Positions 1 to 12,879 of a DNA stretch of 64,000 nucleotides are shown in pieces (position 1 is the stretch's first letter; each line of letters begins with the position of its first letter). The notes under the pieces were generated by a model. That model saw only the letters and a program-made list of their open reading frames with translations, searched no databases and was not told the DNA's origin. This stretch comes from the human T2T-CHM13v2.0 reference genome, Homo sapiens: the NCBI GenBank assembly GCA_009914755.4, contig CP086569.2, forward strand, positions 6,144,001-6,208,000. The letters run 5' to 3'. Both the position numbers and the translations under genes were made by a program.

Positions 1-1582
1 GACAGCTCAGAGCTGTCCTCCCACATCCCCATGAAACCTTGTGTTCTGTGGTGAGTGGCCTGCTGCCTCAGTCGTTGTGTTCTCCTTGCTCTGGTGTCCT
101 CTCGAGGTCCAGTTGCTGTGTCTTCTTGTGCTAATGGTTCCTCTCGATGTCCAGCTGCTGTGTATCTGCCTGCTAGTGTCTCAGGGTTTCTTATAGCACA
201 GGATGGGGGTATGGCAGGCCAGGGTGGTCTTGGAAAATGCAGCACTTGGGCAAAAAAACAGAAACACATGTCCTCACCAACTGGGGCAAGAAAATAGAAG
301 TGTGTGTCCTCACCTAGGTCAGTGAGCACAGGCGTGATGGTGGATCCCTAGCCAAGAACCACACCCTCCTCTACCAGGCACTTCCCTGCCCTCCTTCCAT
401 ATCATTATATTTTAAAATTTAAAACTCCAAAATAGCACCTTTAGAGAAGACAATTGGAGAAAATGGCATTAGAAGAGCCAGTCTAGGATTAGGCTCGCTG
501 AATGCAAAATGGAAACACAGATAGCATGTCCGGCAGGCATGGAATCACTGCAGAAACATATCTCTTACTGAGAAGGAAAAGGAAACAAACTGGCTTCTCT
601 CATCTTCTTGTTCTCTTATCTCTGCAGTGTCACCCCTTGACTGAACTGAAAGAGGAAGTAATTTTTATGGGAGCCTAGGATCCCTACCTCCCAGAGGCCA
701 GGCCTCTCTATTACAGAACAGTGCCAGGGAGACGTGAGTGATGTAGCTGTGGGCATGCAAACCCAGGGCCTCACACAAAGGAGTATCAAAGACAAATACA
801 GTATCAAGGGATGAAGAGAGAATTACTCTCAGGAATGATTCATGCTTGATATTTGTGAAAAGACCAAAAAGTAAAACAGCTTATGAGGTAGTAAACATAA
901 AAAGAACATAAAGAAAAGCAGGCAAAAATGGTAAAGTCCAGGCTATTTACCTTTCCTTTATAGGATTTTGAAAATCCCTTCTGGAATCCTTTTCCCAATA
1001 TCTTCCATTCATGGATTCTTTCAGGAAATATTTATTGAGCTAGAATGGTCTAAGCATTCGGCAGATGGCATCATATACACTGTTGTACTTCTATCATTGA
1101 TAGAAAGAATGTTTCTTTTTTTCTACAATGCTTTTCTCCCAAACATTCTTCTTGAAAATTTGTGTCCTTACAGATGCTGTCACTTGTTGCTGTTCTAAGA
1201 AGGTTCCCCACACCCCTGTAAACCCAGTTAAGAACTTTCTTCCTCTCCAACTAAGTTACTATATTGCATATATTGTAACACTTGTCAGAGTACATTCCAA
1301 TTATTGCTCTTCTCTTCATTCTCAAATTAATATTTTGAAGGAAAATCTATGAACACAATGGCTTGACATTTCTCAATATTTATTGTATAAAAGGTTATTA
1401 GATATTTATATATATATTTATCTTAATTTTTGGAAAACAAAATAAACAATGTTCACTGCCCAATCCCCCATGAACTGCTCAACTTTAAACAATGTCTAGG
1501 ATTTTAGAGCAATTATACAAACTTTCAAAAAACACCTGAAAGTGTTTCTATTTTAATTTATTTTGCTTTTTATATTGAATTA

Positions 1583-1845
1583 TTTTGTAGAGACAAAGTT
1601 TTGCCTCAAGGCCCACGCTGAAGTGCAGTGTGTGATCACTCCTAACTACAACCGTGAACTCCTGAGTAAATAGAACAACAGATGTGTGCCATCATGCCCA
1701 ATTTAACCAATTAAATAAGTAGTTACACTTTAGATATAGTTTTTGCTGTGTAGCCTGTGCTGATGTCAAACTCTGGGTTTGAAGCAGTCCTCCCTTCTCC
1801 GCCTTCCAGAGAGTTGTGATTCCAGGTGTGAACCACCAGACTTCA
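1583..1845 (-). mobile_element. Old Alu (AluJ-like) SINE, diverged
   Basis: Reverse-complement Alu signatures (ttttgtagagacaaag...ggcccacgctgaagtgcagtg...; right arm ...ctgggtttgaagcagtcctcc...ccaggtgtgaaccaccag). Diverged from consensus. Confidence 0.45.
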
Positions 1846-2110
1846 AAGAGGAAATTTTAGATTTTAGAATATTGCAATATATTAGACTTAATTTCTTCTT
1901 TCAACTTTACATTTGCAGTGACACTTCATAATAATTATTACTTATGGTGAGAATGTGATTTCTTATATTTGGTCACCAAATTTTGAAATCTTTATTCTGT
2001 TTACTTAAACCCTAATAACTTGTAGTCAACTGAGCTGAAAGTCAAGTACATGGGTGTTTTTTTTTTTTGCTGAGGCTGTGAAGACAAATGTAGAGATGCA
2101 TTAAAAACCA

Positions 2111-2111
2111 A

Positions 2112-2157
<46 letters not shown>

Positions 2158-2398
2158 TTATATATATAGTCTTTATATATATATAAAGTCTTTATGCTTT
2201 ACATATATAGTCTTTATATATATATAAAGTCTTTATGTGTATATGCAGTCTTTATATATACATAAAGACTTTATAGATATACAGTCTTTAGCATATATAT
2301 GTGTGTACATATACTTGTGTGTGTACATATGTGTGTGTGTACACATATATATATATGCTAAATGTGTGTATAGCATATATATATATATATATATGCTA
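2111..2398. repeat. Compound AT-rich simple repeat: (TA)n/(TG)n interspersed with inverted aaagact/agtcttta motifs
   Basis: Direct reading shows long (TA)n runs, repeated 'tatatataaagtctttat' / 'atatatagtctttatat' units and a (TG)n-rich stretch. Confidence 0.9.
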
Positions 2399-3043
2399 AA
2401 GCTTTATCCTGGCTGGTGAAGCATCATACATGGCATGGATAGTTTTATAAAATACCCTGAAATACATGCTTTAGTAAGCAATTTAGCACTTGCAATTTCC
2501 CAACTTTGCTTTCAGCAGAAGTTAATGATGTATGTCACTTCAAGTAAGTAAATGAATGTTTGAATTGCTGTGAGTTATTTTACTCATTTCTCAGCTAACC
2601 ACTTAACTTATCAAAGATCTTTACTTGTACAATATCATAAATGATAGATATTAAAAATTAATCAACAGGATTTATCTAAGTAAAAGCTGCCATCTAATAT
2701 GATATTTTTCAGTAAGATGATAGCAGTAATTATGCCAAAAAATAGTAATTCCCCTAGTTTGAGCCCAGGTGACAGAGCAAGACTCTGTTCACATCTCTTT
2801 TCTGGGTATGTGCCAACTCTGGTCTGCTTTAATTTTAGTCAACTGCAGCAACTCATATATCATTTTAGGTCCTGGCCTACACTGATCTTTAATCACTGAC
2901 TGTGTCTGTGTCTGTCTGTATGTTTTGTGTGTTATCATATTTTATCTGAAGGAGCTAAATAATGGTGCTATAGTGGTTTCATAAACATAAAGCATTCCAG
3001 GAACACAATATTGCTTATCAACTGAGCTTTAAAACAGATATGA

Positions 3044-3346
3044 GGCAGGACATGGTGGCTCACAACTGCACTCCCAGCAATTTGGCAAGCCAAGGTGGGT
3101 GGATCTCTTGATGTCAGGAGTTTGTGATAAGCCTGGCCAACATGGCAAGATCCCATGTCTAATATCATAGCAAAGCTAGCCGGGCTTGGTGTCCCATTGA
3201 TATAATCTCAGCTATGTGGGAGACTGATGCAGGAGAATCCACTGAAACCCTGAGACAGAGTTTGCAGTGAAGTAAGACGACACCACTGCACTCTATCCTG
3301 GGCACCAGAGCCAAGACACTGTCTCAGTGTCTAAAATAATAAAATA
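3044..3346 (+). mobile_element. Alu SINE
   Basis: Starts ggcaggacatggtggctcacaactgcactcccagcaatttgg..., has a right arm and an A-rich tail (ctaaaataataaaata). Confidence 0.85.
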
Positions 3347-3382
3347 GACAGGACAGATCACTGAGAAGAGAAATGCATAACA

Positions 3383-3675
3383 CTGGGTGGACATTGTGGC
3401 TTATGACTGAAATCCCAGCATTTTGAGAGGCTAAGGTGGGTGGATGACTTGAGGAAAGGAGCTTGAGACCAGCCTGAGCAAATATTGTGAAACCTGGTCT
3501 TTACTAAAAGTACAGAAAAAAAAAGCCAAGATTGGTGTCACTTGCCTGCAGTCATAGCTACTTGGGAGGGTGTGACTGGAGAACTGCTGGAACCCAGGAT
3601 GGGAAGGTTGCAGTGAGCTGAGATCATGCCACTGCACTCCAGCCTAGGCAACAGAGCAGGATTCCATCTAAAAAT
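3383..3675 (+). mobile_element. Alu SINE
   Basis: ...ggtggacattgtggcttatgactgaaatcccagcattttgagaggctaaggtgggtggat... to ...gcaacagagcaggattccatctaaaaa. The tail runs directly into the GAAA microsatellite. Confidence 0.85.
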
Positions 3676-3698
3676 ATTAAACAGAGATACAGAGTTAG

Positions 3699-3716
3699 AG
3701 GAAAGAAAGAAAGAAA

Positions 3717-3764
<48 letters not shown>

Positions 3765-3812
3765 AGGAAGGAAGGAAGGAAGGAAGGAAGGAAGGAAGGA
3801 AGGAAGGAAGGA

Positions 3813-3906
<94 letters not shown>

Positions 3907-4035
3907 AAAAGAAAGAGAACGAAAGAAAGACAGGGAGAAGGGAAGGAGGGAAGAAAGAAAGACAGGGAGAAGGGAGGGAGAGAAGGAAGAAGGGAGGGAG
4001 GGAAGAAGGGAAGGAAGGAGAAAGAGAATGAAAGG
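3699..4035. repeat. (GAAA)n / (GGAA)n / GA-rich purine microsatellite, about 340 bp
   Basis: Uninterrupted gaaagaaagaaa..., then ggaaggaagg..., then imperfect agggagaaggga. This accounts for the overlapping low-complexity ORFs at 3538-4104 (K/E/R-rich or S/F/L-rich). Confidence 0.95.
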
Positions 4036-4699
4036 CATAAAACCAAAAGGAAATGAATAAAAATAAAAACTTACGATTTTGCTCATTATCCACATGAATT
4101 TCAAACTATGTTTAAAGTAATATTTTATGTTTACAATAATATTAGTAATATTTAGGTCTCCGGTGGACTAACAGAAATTTTAAAATAAGCACCTATATAT
4201 TTTCAAAATTACTCATTTAATTATGAGTATTGTCAAAATTACTCAAGTAACTAAGCTTCTTGGAGGAGCTGAAACCTAGTTTTCAACAAATTTAATTGAC
4301 ATATGTCATCAAATTGCATACTATTGGGGCAAGGTAGTCTATATTATGCTGCCTAATCTATGCTAAATTAAAAATGAAATCAAATCTGCAAAAGATTTTC
4401 CATTTACTATTACTAGTAAAGGCTGTTTTGTTTCCTGACTTGTGGAGGGTTTTATTTCCACAGTTTTGATGGCTCTGGCAGAAACCTTCCTGGTCCAAAC
4501 TCACGTCCTATCATCACAGTATATACATGTTCAGGCATTAAGAAGAAAGAGCATCCCATCTTACTGCTTTCCTGCACTGGTTCCCATGCACAAGCCAATG
4601 TGCTATGTTAGTGACTATCAAATATTCATATATTTGATCAAGGAGATTTGTGTTTCCGAACAGTAAAACAAAAATACTATGATCAGTTGTATTTTTATT

Positions 4700-4825
4700 A
4701 TTTATTTACTTAGAGGCAGGGTCTTGCTCTGTCAACAGGCTGAATTATACATCACTCTGGTCTCAGACTTTTGGGCTCAGAGGATCCTCCAACATCGGCC
4801 TTCCAAAGTTCTGAAATTACATACT
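4700..4825 (-). mobile_element. Alu fragment (partial, old)
   Basis: gaggcagggtcttgctctgtcaacaggctg...cctccaaagttctgaaattaca is the reverse complement of the Alu right arm. Confidence 0.5.
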
Positions 4826-5086
4826 TTAGCAATTGTATCCAGCCTCAAGTTTAGAGATAAAGGCTAACAAATATATTGTAAACCATATAAATAAACCTAA
4901 TTGCAGGTTATCTGGAGAGCTGTAAGAAACCACTGAAAAACTGCCATTGTGGACAAGGCTGCTGACAACAATGTCATGCAAGCAGAGGAACGGGTCTTTC
5001 CCCAGTAAGCCTTCAGATAATACCAGAGACCAGCATGGCATTTCCATTGCTGCTTTTAGAGAAAACATGAAACAGTGGTGTGCATT

Positions 5087-5112
5087 TTGTGTGTGTGTGT
5101 GTGTGTGTGTAA
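5087..5112. repeat. (TG)n microsatellite
   Basis: tgtgtgtgtgtgtgtgtgtgtgt run. Confidence 0.9.
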
Positions 5113-6652
5113 GCATACATACAAAACCAGTTGAACAAAATAGGATCACCCACATAATGGAATATGATACAACTGTTTGTAGATATGGTAGAATGCGTCC
5201 TGAATCTATCAGTTTCTCAGCTTTTTTTTTTTTGGCTGGTAGGTTATTTATTAGTAATGATCCAATTTTGGAAATTGAGATTGGACAGGCTGGAGCTAAG
5301 ACTGGGTCCACTTTGATTCTGTTGTGGAACAGAAAATTGCATGGCTGTAATTTTGGCTGTGATTATTACTGGAATGTTTCTGTACAGATGGGCTAGTTTT
5401 CTGCCTGCAGCAGGAGGCCTTGGGGCTGAAAATCAGCTCCCTTGACATCTGCTGTTGAACAGATCACTTAGGGCCTGCTCTCAGCTAAGAAAGTTGCATA
5501 TTGCCCAGAAAGTTTCCCAAAGATTATGTAGTTCTCTGACTTAGGGAAGGCCCAAAGCTGAAAGTGGGTCCTCCCCATAGGGGAAAAAAACTGGAAAGTC
5601 TAGATCCATTTCCTGCTGGATAGAGCCTGGATAGGCTACATTCATTGGCTCAGACAGGCAAGTTCCCCAGCAGGGTAGCTGCTTCCCAGCAGCAGAGGGA
5701 GGGGCTGAAGCTGAGACTGGGATTCTTTTTCTCAATAAAGTCATGTCTTCTACAGATTCTAATGCCCCAGTGATTTCCATTAGATATATCAGAAGTGAAC
5801 TTCCTTCCAGGGGTACCAAGGCTTATTATATAAGCTACTTGGCCACTGGGTCCAGGTAGAGCCAGAAACTTTATCTTTAACCACTAAGTTGTCTCTGATT
5901 TTCAGCCTGGGGATTGATGGAACACACAGGGCTAGGATGGTCAAAAGTATATGGCAGCTGGGATTGGGTGGGGTCACATGCCCCTTCTGTGGATAATCAC
6001 CTAGTTGCCTCTTTGTCACAGCTTGGGAAGTTTTGCAGAGAAAGCCAGGTTGGGATATGGAAGTTGGCTAATGATTTGAGCATGGCAGATGCATCAACCA
6101 TGGTTGGTTGCTGCAGAGTGATGCTGTTGCCTAGTTTCCCTGATGGTGCACCTCTGCTGGCTGGAATGCAAGTGTAAGATTACTTTTATGGTCAATGTGA
6201 GCCCCATCCATGTAGTTTGTTTCTAACTGACCCCGGTTGTCTGATACCCTCAATATTTCCCACTGGGTAAGACTAGAGAGAACATCATGTGAAGAATTGC
6301 AAAATGGAAAAGAAAAGCCTGAGTGTACATTTTCAACTCTCTCCATTCTGAAGAAACTGTGAGTCTGGGAAAAATTTTGTGTGCAACACCATGCTGGCTT
6401 GGGGAGGAAAAAATTTAAAACATCAAATTAAAATTATTCTTTTATCCTTTGTGTGTGGCTATTCTCAGTTCTAGTCAAAAAAGGTGTCATATATTCAACC
6501 TCAAGTTATAGAATCATTCACTAAGGTATCCTTATCTAAGGATAGTTGTGAGCTGAGTTTTTTGCTGGAGAGGTAGGAATTAGCAGAATCATAGAATGCC
6601 TGTTCTGTCACACCAGACCCTAGAAACAGCCAAGTTAAAACACTGGTCCATG

Positions 6653-6963
6653 CTGAGCACAGTGGCTCATGTCTGTAACCCCAGAACTTTGGTAGGATGA
6701 GGAAGGCATATCATGAGGTCAGGAGGTCAAGACCATCCTGGATAACACAGTGAAATCTCCTCTCTGCTAGACATACAAAAAAAAAAGAATTAGCTGAGCC
6801 TGTTGGCATTTACCTGTAGTCCTAGCTACTTGGAAGGTTGAGGAAGGAATATCTCGTGAACCCAGCAGATGGAGGTCAAAGTGAGCTGAGATCATGACAC
6901 TGCACTCCAACCTGGGTGACAGAGTGAGACTGGATCTCAAAAAAAAGAAAAAAGAAAAAAAAA
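6653..6963 (+). mobile_element. Alu SINE
   Basis: gctgagcacagtggctcatgtctgtaaccccagaactttgg...gtgagctgagatcatgacactgcactccaacctgggtgacagagtgagactggatctcaaaaaaaa. Confidence 0.85.
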
Positions 6964-7929
6964 CCTCATCCAAAGGGAGGAGTGTAAAACGTTGGGGTGC
7001 TTCATGGAGAACCTGAAAGTTAGAGAAAGCCAAGGTTTGGATTTAAGGAATATCTCATGGGACCATCAAAAACCACTTCTTTGTCCCCTATGGAACGCAA
7101 GAAATAGTGAATGCTGAGGTACACTGTTTACCGATAAAGGCACATTATCAGCCAGAGATACATGGTTAAGTCTTCTTGTGTTCCTATGAAAGGATGAGAC
7201 TGGAAAGTTTATAAAGAAAATAGCTTTCATTGATTCCTTGTTCTGCAGACTGTAAAAGATGTGTGTGGTGCCAGCATCTGCATCTGGTGGGAGCTTCACG
7301 AGGCTTCCACTCAGCACAGAAGATAAATGAAAACAGGCATGTCATATGTGGAAAGAGCAAGAGAGAGAAGGGGAGATGGTATCAAGCTCTTTTCAACAAC
7401 CTATTTCTATATAAGCTTCATTGTGGGAATTAATACAGTAGAAAACTCACTTATTAACCATGGCCAGGGTGCCACGCCATTTATGAGGGATCCAGCACCA
7501 TGACACAAACCAACACCTCACCTTCGTGCTATTTACAGTGTGGAGGACCACATTTCAGCCTGAGGCTTGGAGGGACAAATGTCAAAACTATAACAATAGG
7601 CAAGTTTAAAAATCATGCAGAGTTATGGTAAGACGATCATTTTTTCTCTTTAGTATCCTGGGACTACAAAAAGCTGGAATTCATTAGTTTCCAGAGATTA
7701 GAAAGTTAGTATTGAAACTCTTAGGCAGCAACCTAGATGTCAGGGCCATAGTTGGGTAGTTTGACTTCTTGGAAGGAAAATTTGGAAGCTCAGTATATTG
7801 CTAGAGTGAGTGATGATGAAGGCTGATGAGAAATGCCTATGTGCTTGCTCTCAGAGGACCTTGACAGATCCAAAAGTCAGGAGGATTACGAGCAAGATAC
7901 CTGGGCAGAAGTTATAAAAGTCAAGACAT

Positions 7930-8234
7930 GGCCAGGTGTGGTGGCTCAAGCCTGTAATCCCAGCACTTTGGGAGGCTGAGGTTGGGGATTACCTGAGGTC
8001 AGGAATTTGAGACCAGCCTGACAAACATGGTGAAACCTTGTCTCTACTAAGAAATACAAAAATTAGCCTAGCATGGTTGTGGTCACCTGTATTCCCAGCT
8101 AAACAGTAGGCTGAGGCAGGGGAATCACTTGAGCCCAGGAGGCGGGGGTTGCAGTGAGCCAAGATCATGCCATTGCACTCCAGCCCAGGTGACAGAGCAA
8201 GACTCCATCACAAGAGAAATAAGAAAAAAAAAAG
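7930..8234 (+). mobile_element. Alu SINE (AluS-like)
   Basis: ggccaggtgtggtggctcaagcctgtaatcccagcactttgggaggctgagg...gcactccagcccaggtgacagagcaagactccatcacaagagaaataagaaaaaaaaaa. Confidence 0.9.
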
Positions 8235-8385
8235 TCAAGGTGTTAGATGTACAATCTAAGTTCTTCAAGGTATAAAGTGGGAGCTGAGCTTTCTTGACTG
8301 CTTGAGATCCAGTAAGCCAGGGAAAAACAGTTTCAGAAGTGCTTGAATGTCTATTTAAATCCCTATTTTTTTCTTGGAGGTCCTA

Positions 8386-8791
8386 GGGAGAGGTGAAGCC
8401 ACCTGGACTTCCTGGATCAAGTGGGGACTTGAAAAAATTTTCTGTCTGCTAAGGGATTGTAAATGCACCAATCAGCACTCTATAAAAATGCACCAATCAG
8501 CACTCTGTATCTAGCTAAAGGATTGTAAATGCACCAATCAGCAGGACGTGGGTGGATCCAAATAAGAGAATAAAAGCTGGCCACCTCACCCAGCAGCGGC
8601 AACCTGCTTGGGTCACCTTCCATACTGTGGAAGATTTTTCTTTCACTCTTCACAATAAATGTTGCTGCTGCTCACTCTTTGGGTCCACACCATCTTTACA
8701 AGCTGTAACACTCACCACGAAGGTCTGCGGCTTCATTCTTGAAGTCAGCGAGACCAAGAACCCACAAGAAGGAATAAATTCCAGACAGGTT
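8386..8791 (+). repeat. 5' LTR (LTR12/ERV9-like, short form)
   Basis: Repeated 'ggattgtaaatgcaccaatcagcac' boxes and a polyA signal aataaaagctggcc. Its U5 end is homologous to the 3' copy at 14437-15290. Confidence 0.7.
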
Positions 8792-8792
8792 A

Positions 8793-8810
8793 TGGTGACC
8801 ACAAAGGGAC
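8793..8810 (+). promoter_or_regulatory. Retroviral primer-binding site (tRNA-Arg-like 18-mer TGGTGACCACAAAGGGAC)
   Basis: An 18-nt TGG... motif lies immediately after the LTR end. The tRNA-Arg assignment is from memory and approximate. Confidence 0.5.
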
Positions 8811-9895
8811 TATCGCCTATCACAAAGCAGTGAGTACCATCGGACCCCTTTCACTTGTTATTCTGTCCTATTTTTCCTTAGAATTTGGATGTTACATACC
8901 AGGCACCTGTCAGCCAGTTAGAAGTGACTAGTGTGGCTGCTGGACTAAAGACACGGGTGACAGACTTTCTGGGAAAGTGCTCTGTAACAACCCCCAACTC
9001 TTCACAGTTGAGAGAATTGGTTTGCCTGGAAAGAGCTTCTGATTTCCCTGTACTTCTGGGCTGAGGTGAGGGTCAACAGAGAGGAAAACCATTCTGCTCC
9101 AGGGTCCCAAGAGCAAATTGGTTGACCCTGTGGCCATGAGCAGAACTCTCAAAGTCACGTTGCACAAGCGAGACTCACCCATCTATCCTATCTATCCTGA
9201 CCTCTGACCTTTGCACACTGGATCCTAATGCCTGTCAGACAAACTTCCTCTTGCCTCTTCTCCAAGGCTATTCCTGATTCTAAAAACCACTCCCTGTCTC
9301 TCGTGGTTTTCTAGCACCAGACAGAAAAACCACTCCCTCTCTCTGGTGCTTATCTAGAACCTATAAGAATGATTTCTGCTATAAACTCCAGGACTCTATT
9401 CCCTTCTTTAGGCACCCAGGCTCACCAATCAGAAAGACATAATTTTTGCCCAAAGCCCTGTCAGTGGTCTTGGGGGACTATCTTATCTAGAATTTTAGGA
9501 TCACTCCTCAGAATAGCAGGCCTAACAAAGCTACCCCTGAAGCTAGGATATGGGGAGCTTCAGAAATCGTATCCTTCCTATTCAAGTGAGGACAAAAGTC
9601 ATCACTCTTCCAACCCTGGAGATCCCTTCCCTCCCTCAGGTTATGGCCCTCCACTTCATTTTTGAGGCATAGCATCTTTATAGGACAGGAGTGAAGTCCC
9701 AATACTAATGAGAGAATGCTTAGGACTCTAACAGTTTTTCAAGAATGAATCAGTAAGGGCCACTAAATCTGATTTTTCTCATTCCTCTTTGTGGTCTAGG
9801 AGGACAGGAAATAGTGCAGGTTTTTGAGAGTGTGTCGGTAAGGGACAATAAATCCAACCTTCCTCGGTCCTCCTTGTGGTCTAGGAAGGAAACTA

Positions 9896-10053
9896 GTGTT
9901 TCTGCTGCTGCATCTGTGAGTGCAACTATTCCAATCAGCAGGGTCCAGGGACCATTGCAGGTTCTTGGGCAAGAGGTGTTTCTGCTGCTGCATCAGTGAG
10001 CACAACTATTCTGATCAGCAGGGTCCAGGGACCATTGCAGTTTCTTGGGCAGG
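9896..10053 (+). repeat. Tandem direct duplication (2 x about 79 bp) in the ERV leader
   Basis: gtgtttctgctgctgcatc[t/a]gtgag[t/c][g/a]caactatt c[c/t]aatcagcagggtccagggaccattgcag[g/t]ttcttgggca is present twice, head to tail. Confidence 0.9.
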
Positions 10054-10098
10054 GAGAGAAACAAACAAACCAAAACTGTGGGCAGTTTTGTCTTTCAG

Positions 10099-11664
10099 AT
10101 GGGAAACATTCAGGCATCAACAGGCTCACCATTGAAATGCATCCTAAGCCATTGGGACCAATTTGATCCACAAACCCTGAAAAAGAGGTGGCTCATTTTT
10201 TTCTGCACTATGGCCTGGCCCCAATATTCTCTCTCTGGTGGGGAAAAATGGCCACCTGAGGGCAGCATAAATTACAATACTATCCTGCAGCTTGACCTTT
10301 TCTGTAAGAGACAAGGCAAGTGGAGTGAACTACCTTATGTCCAAGCTTTGTTTTCATTGAAGGAGAATCCACAACTATGGAAAGCTTGACATTTACATCC
10401 CACAGGAGGGCCTTTCAGCTTACCCCCATATCCTAGCCTCCATATAGCTCCCCTTCCTATTAGTAAGCCTCCTCTAATCTCCTCCTCCCAGAAGGAAACA
10501 AGCAAAGAAATCTGCAAAGGACCACAAAAAACCCTGGGCTATCGATTCTGTCCCCTTCAGGCTGTAGGGGGAGGAGAATTTGGCCCAACCTGGGTACAAG
10601 TCCCCTTCTCCCTCCCTGATTTAAAGCCAATCAAGGCAGAGCTGGGGAAGTTTTCAGATGATCCTGATAGGTACATAGATGTCCTGCAGGGTCCAGGGCA
10701 AAACTTTGACCTCACTTGGACAGATGCCATGCTATTGTTAGATCAAATCCTGGCCTTTAATGAAAAGAATGTGGCTTTAGCTGCTGCCCAGGAGTTTGGA
10801 GATACCTGGCATCTTAGTCAAGTAAATGATAGAATGACAGCTGAAGAAAGGGACAAATTCCCTACCCGTAAGCAAGTCATCCCCAGTATGGAACCCCACT
10901 GGGTTCTCAACTCAGATTATTGGGACTGATTTCACACACATCTGTTGACCTGTGTTCTAGAAGGACTAAGGAGAATTAGGAAAAAGCTCATGAATGATGC
11001 AATGATGTCCATCATAACTCTGGCATAGGAAAAAAATCATTCTGCCTTCCTCGAGCAGCTACAGGAAGGAAATAGCTGTATTTCCTTAAGGAAATATTCT
11101 TACCTGTCACCTGACTCCCTCAAGAGTCAATTGATCCTGAAAGATAAGTTTATTACCCAATCAGCTGCAGATATCAGGAGAATGCTCCAAAAATCAGAGC
11201 TGGGCCCTGAACAAAATCTGGAGGCTTTAATAAACCTGGCAACCTTGGTGTTCTATTATAGGGACCAAGAGGAACTGGCCAAAAAGGAAAAGTGAGATCA
11301 GAGAAAGGCTGCAGCCTTAGTCATGGCCCTCAGATAAACAAACCTTGGTGGTTCAGAGAGGACAGAAAATGGAGCAGGCCAATTGCATGGTAGGGTTTCT
11401 TACCAGTGTGGTTTGCAAGGGCACCTTAAAACAGATTGTCCCACAAGAAACAAGCTGCCTTCTTGCCCATGTCCACTATGCCAAAACAATCACTGGAAGG
11501 CTCACTGCCCCAGAGGACAAAGGTTCTCTAGGCCAGAGGCCCCCAACCAGATGCTCCAACAACAGGCAGGAGGGTGCCTGGGACAAGCACCAGCTCATGT
11601 CATCAGCCTCACTGAGCCCCAGGTACATTTAACTGTGGAGGACCAGGAAATTGACTTCCTCCTG
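10099..11664 (+). pseudogene. gag: Retroviral gag (matrix-capsid-nucleocapsid), interrupted by stops
   Basis: Starts [19 protein letters not shown] (myristoylation-type MGN start). Capsid-like PDLKPIKAELGKF...LLLDQILAFNEK. Nucleocapsid Cys-His knuckles at 11383-11520 (CPLCQNNHWKAHC). Several in-frame stops are present. Confidence 0.7.
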
Positions 11665-11740
11665 GACACTGGTGCAGCCTTCTCAGTGTTAATCTCCTGT
11701 CCTGGACAGCTTTCCTCAAGGTCCGTTACCATCTAAGGAA
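11665..11740 (+). pseudogene. pro: Retroviral aspartic protease fragment (active-site LLDTGAAFSVL)
   Basis: The ORF at 11383-11736 contains the DTGA catalytic motif at about 11665-11676. Confidence 0.7.
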
Positions 11741-11999
11741 TCCTGGGATGGCCTGTAACCAGGTGTTTCTCCCACTTATTCAGTTGTAATTGGGAGACTT
11801 TTCTCTTTTCACATGCTTTTCTTGTTATGCCTGAACGACTCATACTTTATTAGGGAGGGACATACTGGCCAAAGCTGGCACTATTGTCTACATGAATATG
11901 GGGAAAAAGTTACCCATTTCTTGTCCCCTGCTTGAGGAGGTAGTCAACCCTGAAGTCTGGGGGATTAGAAGAAACAAACTCAAGCTCCAGCCTTAAGCC

Positions 12000-12860
12000 T
12001 TCCCACAGGACAAAACTTCTCTTTATATGTCACAGAAAGAGTAAGAATAGCTCTTAGAGTCCTTACTCAAACTCTTGGGACAACCACACAACCAGTGGCA
12101 TACATAAGTAAGGAAATTGATGTAGTAGCAAAAGGCCATCCTCACTGTTTACTGGTAGTAGTGGTGGTGGCCATCTTAGTGTCAGAGGCTATCAAAATAA
12201 TTCAAGGAAAGGATCTCACTGTCTGGACTACTGATGATGTAAATGGCACACTAGGTGACAAAGGAAGTTTATGGCTATCAGATGACAGCTTGCTTAGATA
12301 GGAGGTACTACTCTTTGAGGGACATATGCTTCAAATATGCATATGTGCAGGCCTCAACCATGCCATTTTTCTCCTAGAGGATGGGAAACACTAATCGAGC
12401 ATGACTGCCAACAAATTAAAGTCCAAAATTATGCCTCCCAAGAAGATCTCTTAGAAGTCCCCTTAGTTAATCCTGACCTTAACCTATATACCAATGAAAG
12501 TTCATTTGTGGAGAATGGGATATGAAGGTCAGGTTATGCCATAATTAGGGGTGTAACAGTACTTGAAAGCAAGCCTCTTCACCAGAGACCAGCCCCCAGT
12601 TAACAGAACTAGTGGCACTTACCCAAGCATTTGAACTGGGAAAGGGAAGAATAAATGTGTATATGGATAGTAAATATGCTTATCTAATCCTACATGCCCA
12701 TCCTGCAATATGGAAAGAAAATGAATTCCTAACCTCTGGAGAAACCTCCATTAAATATCATGAGGAAACCATGGAGTTATTGAATGCTGTGCAAAAGTCC
12801 AAGGAGGTGGCAGTCTTACACTGCCAAAGCCATCATAAGTGGAAGGAGAGGGGAGAACAG
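12000..12860 (+). pseudogene. pol: pol fragment: RT connection / RNase H (…VYMDSKYAYLILHAHPAIWKE…)
   Basis: The ORFs at 12095-12301 and 12612-12860 carry an RNase H-like DSKYA motif. The rest of pol and integrase are largely deleted. Confidence 0.6.
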
Positions 12861-12879
12861 CAGCATGAATGGCTGGCAG

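Noticed and set aside
1-400. Possible LTR fragment at the window start (tgtcctcacctaggtcagtgagcacaggcgtgatgg…; internal about 45-bp direct repeat ctctcgaggtccagttgctgtgtc/ctctcgatgtccagctgctgtgta)
   Set aside because: It is truncated by the window edge and I cannot assign a family or boundaries from sequence alone. I left it unannotated.
3538-4104. Overlapping ORFs of 132-188 aa (S/F/L-rich on the - strand, K/E/R-rich on the + strand)
   Set aside because: These are entirely a translation of the (GAAA)n/(GGAA)n microsatellite and the adjacent Alu.
5280-6350. About 1 kb moderately GC-richer segment with short ORFs (5541-5819 -, 5914-6177 +)
   Set aside because: It has no recognisable protein motifs, splice-bounded structure or repeat hallmarks. 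It is possibly an ancient decayed interspersed repeat, with insufficient evidence for a call.
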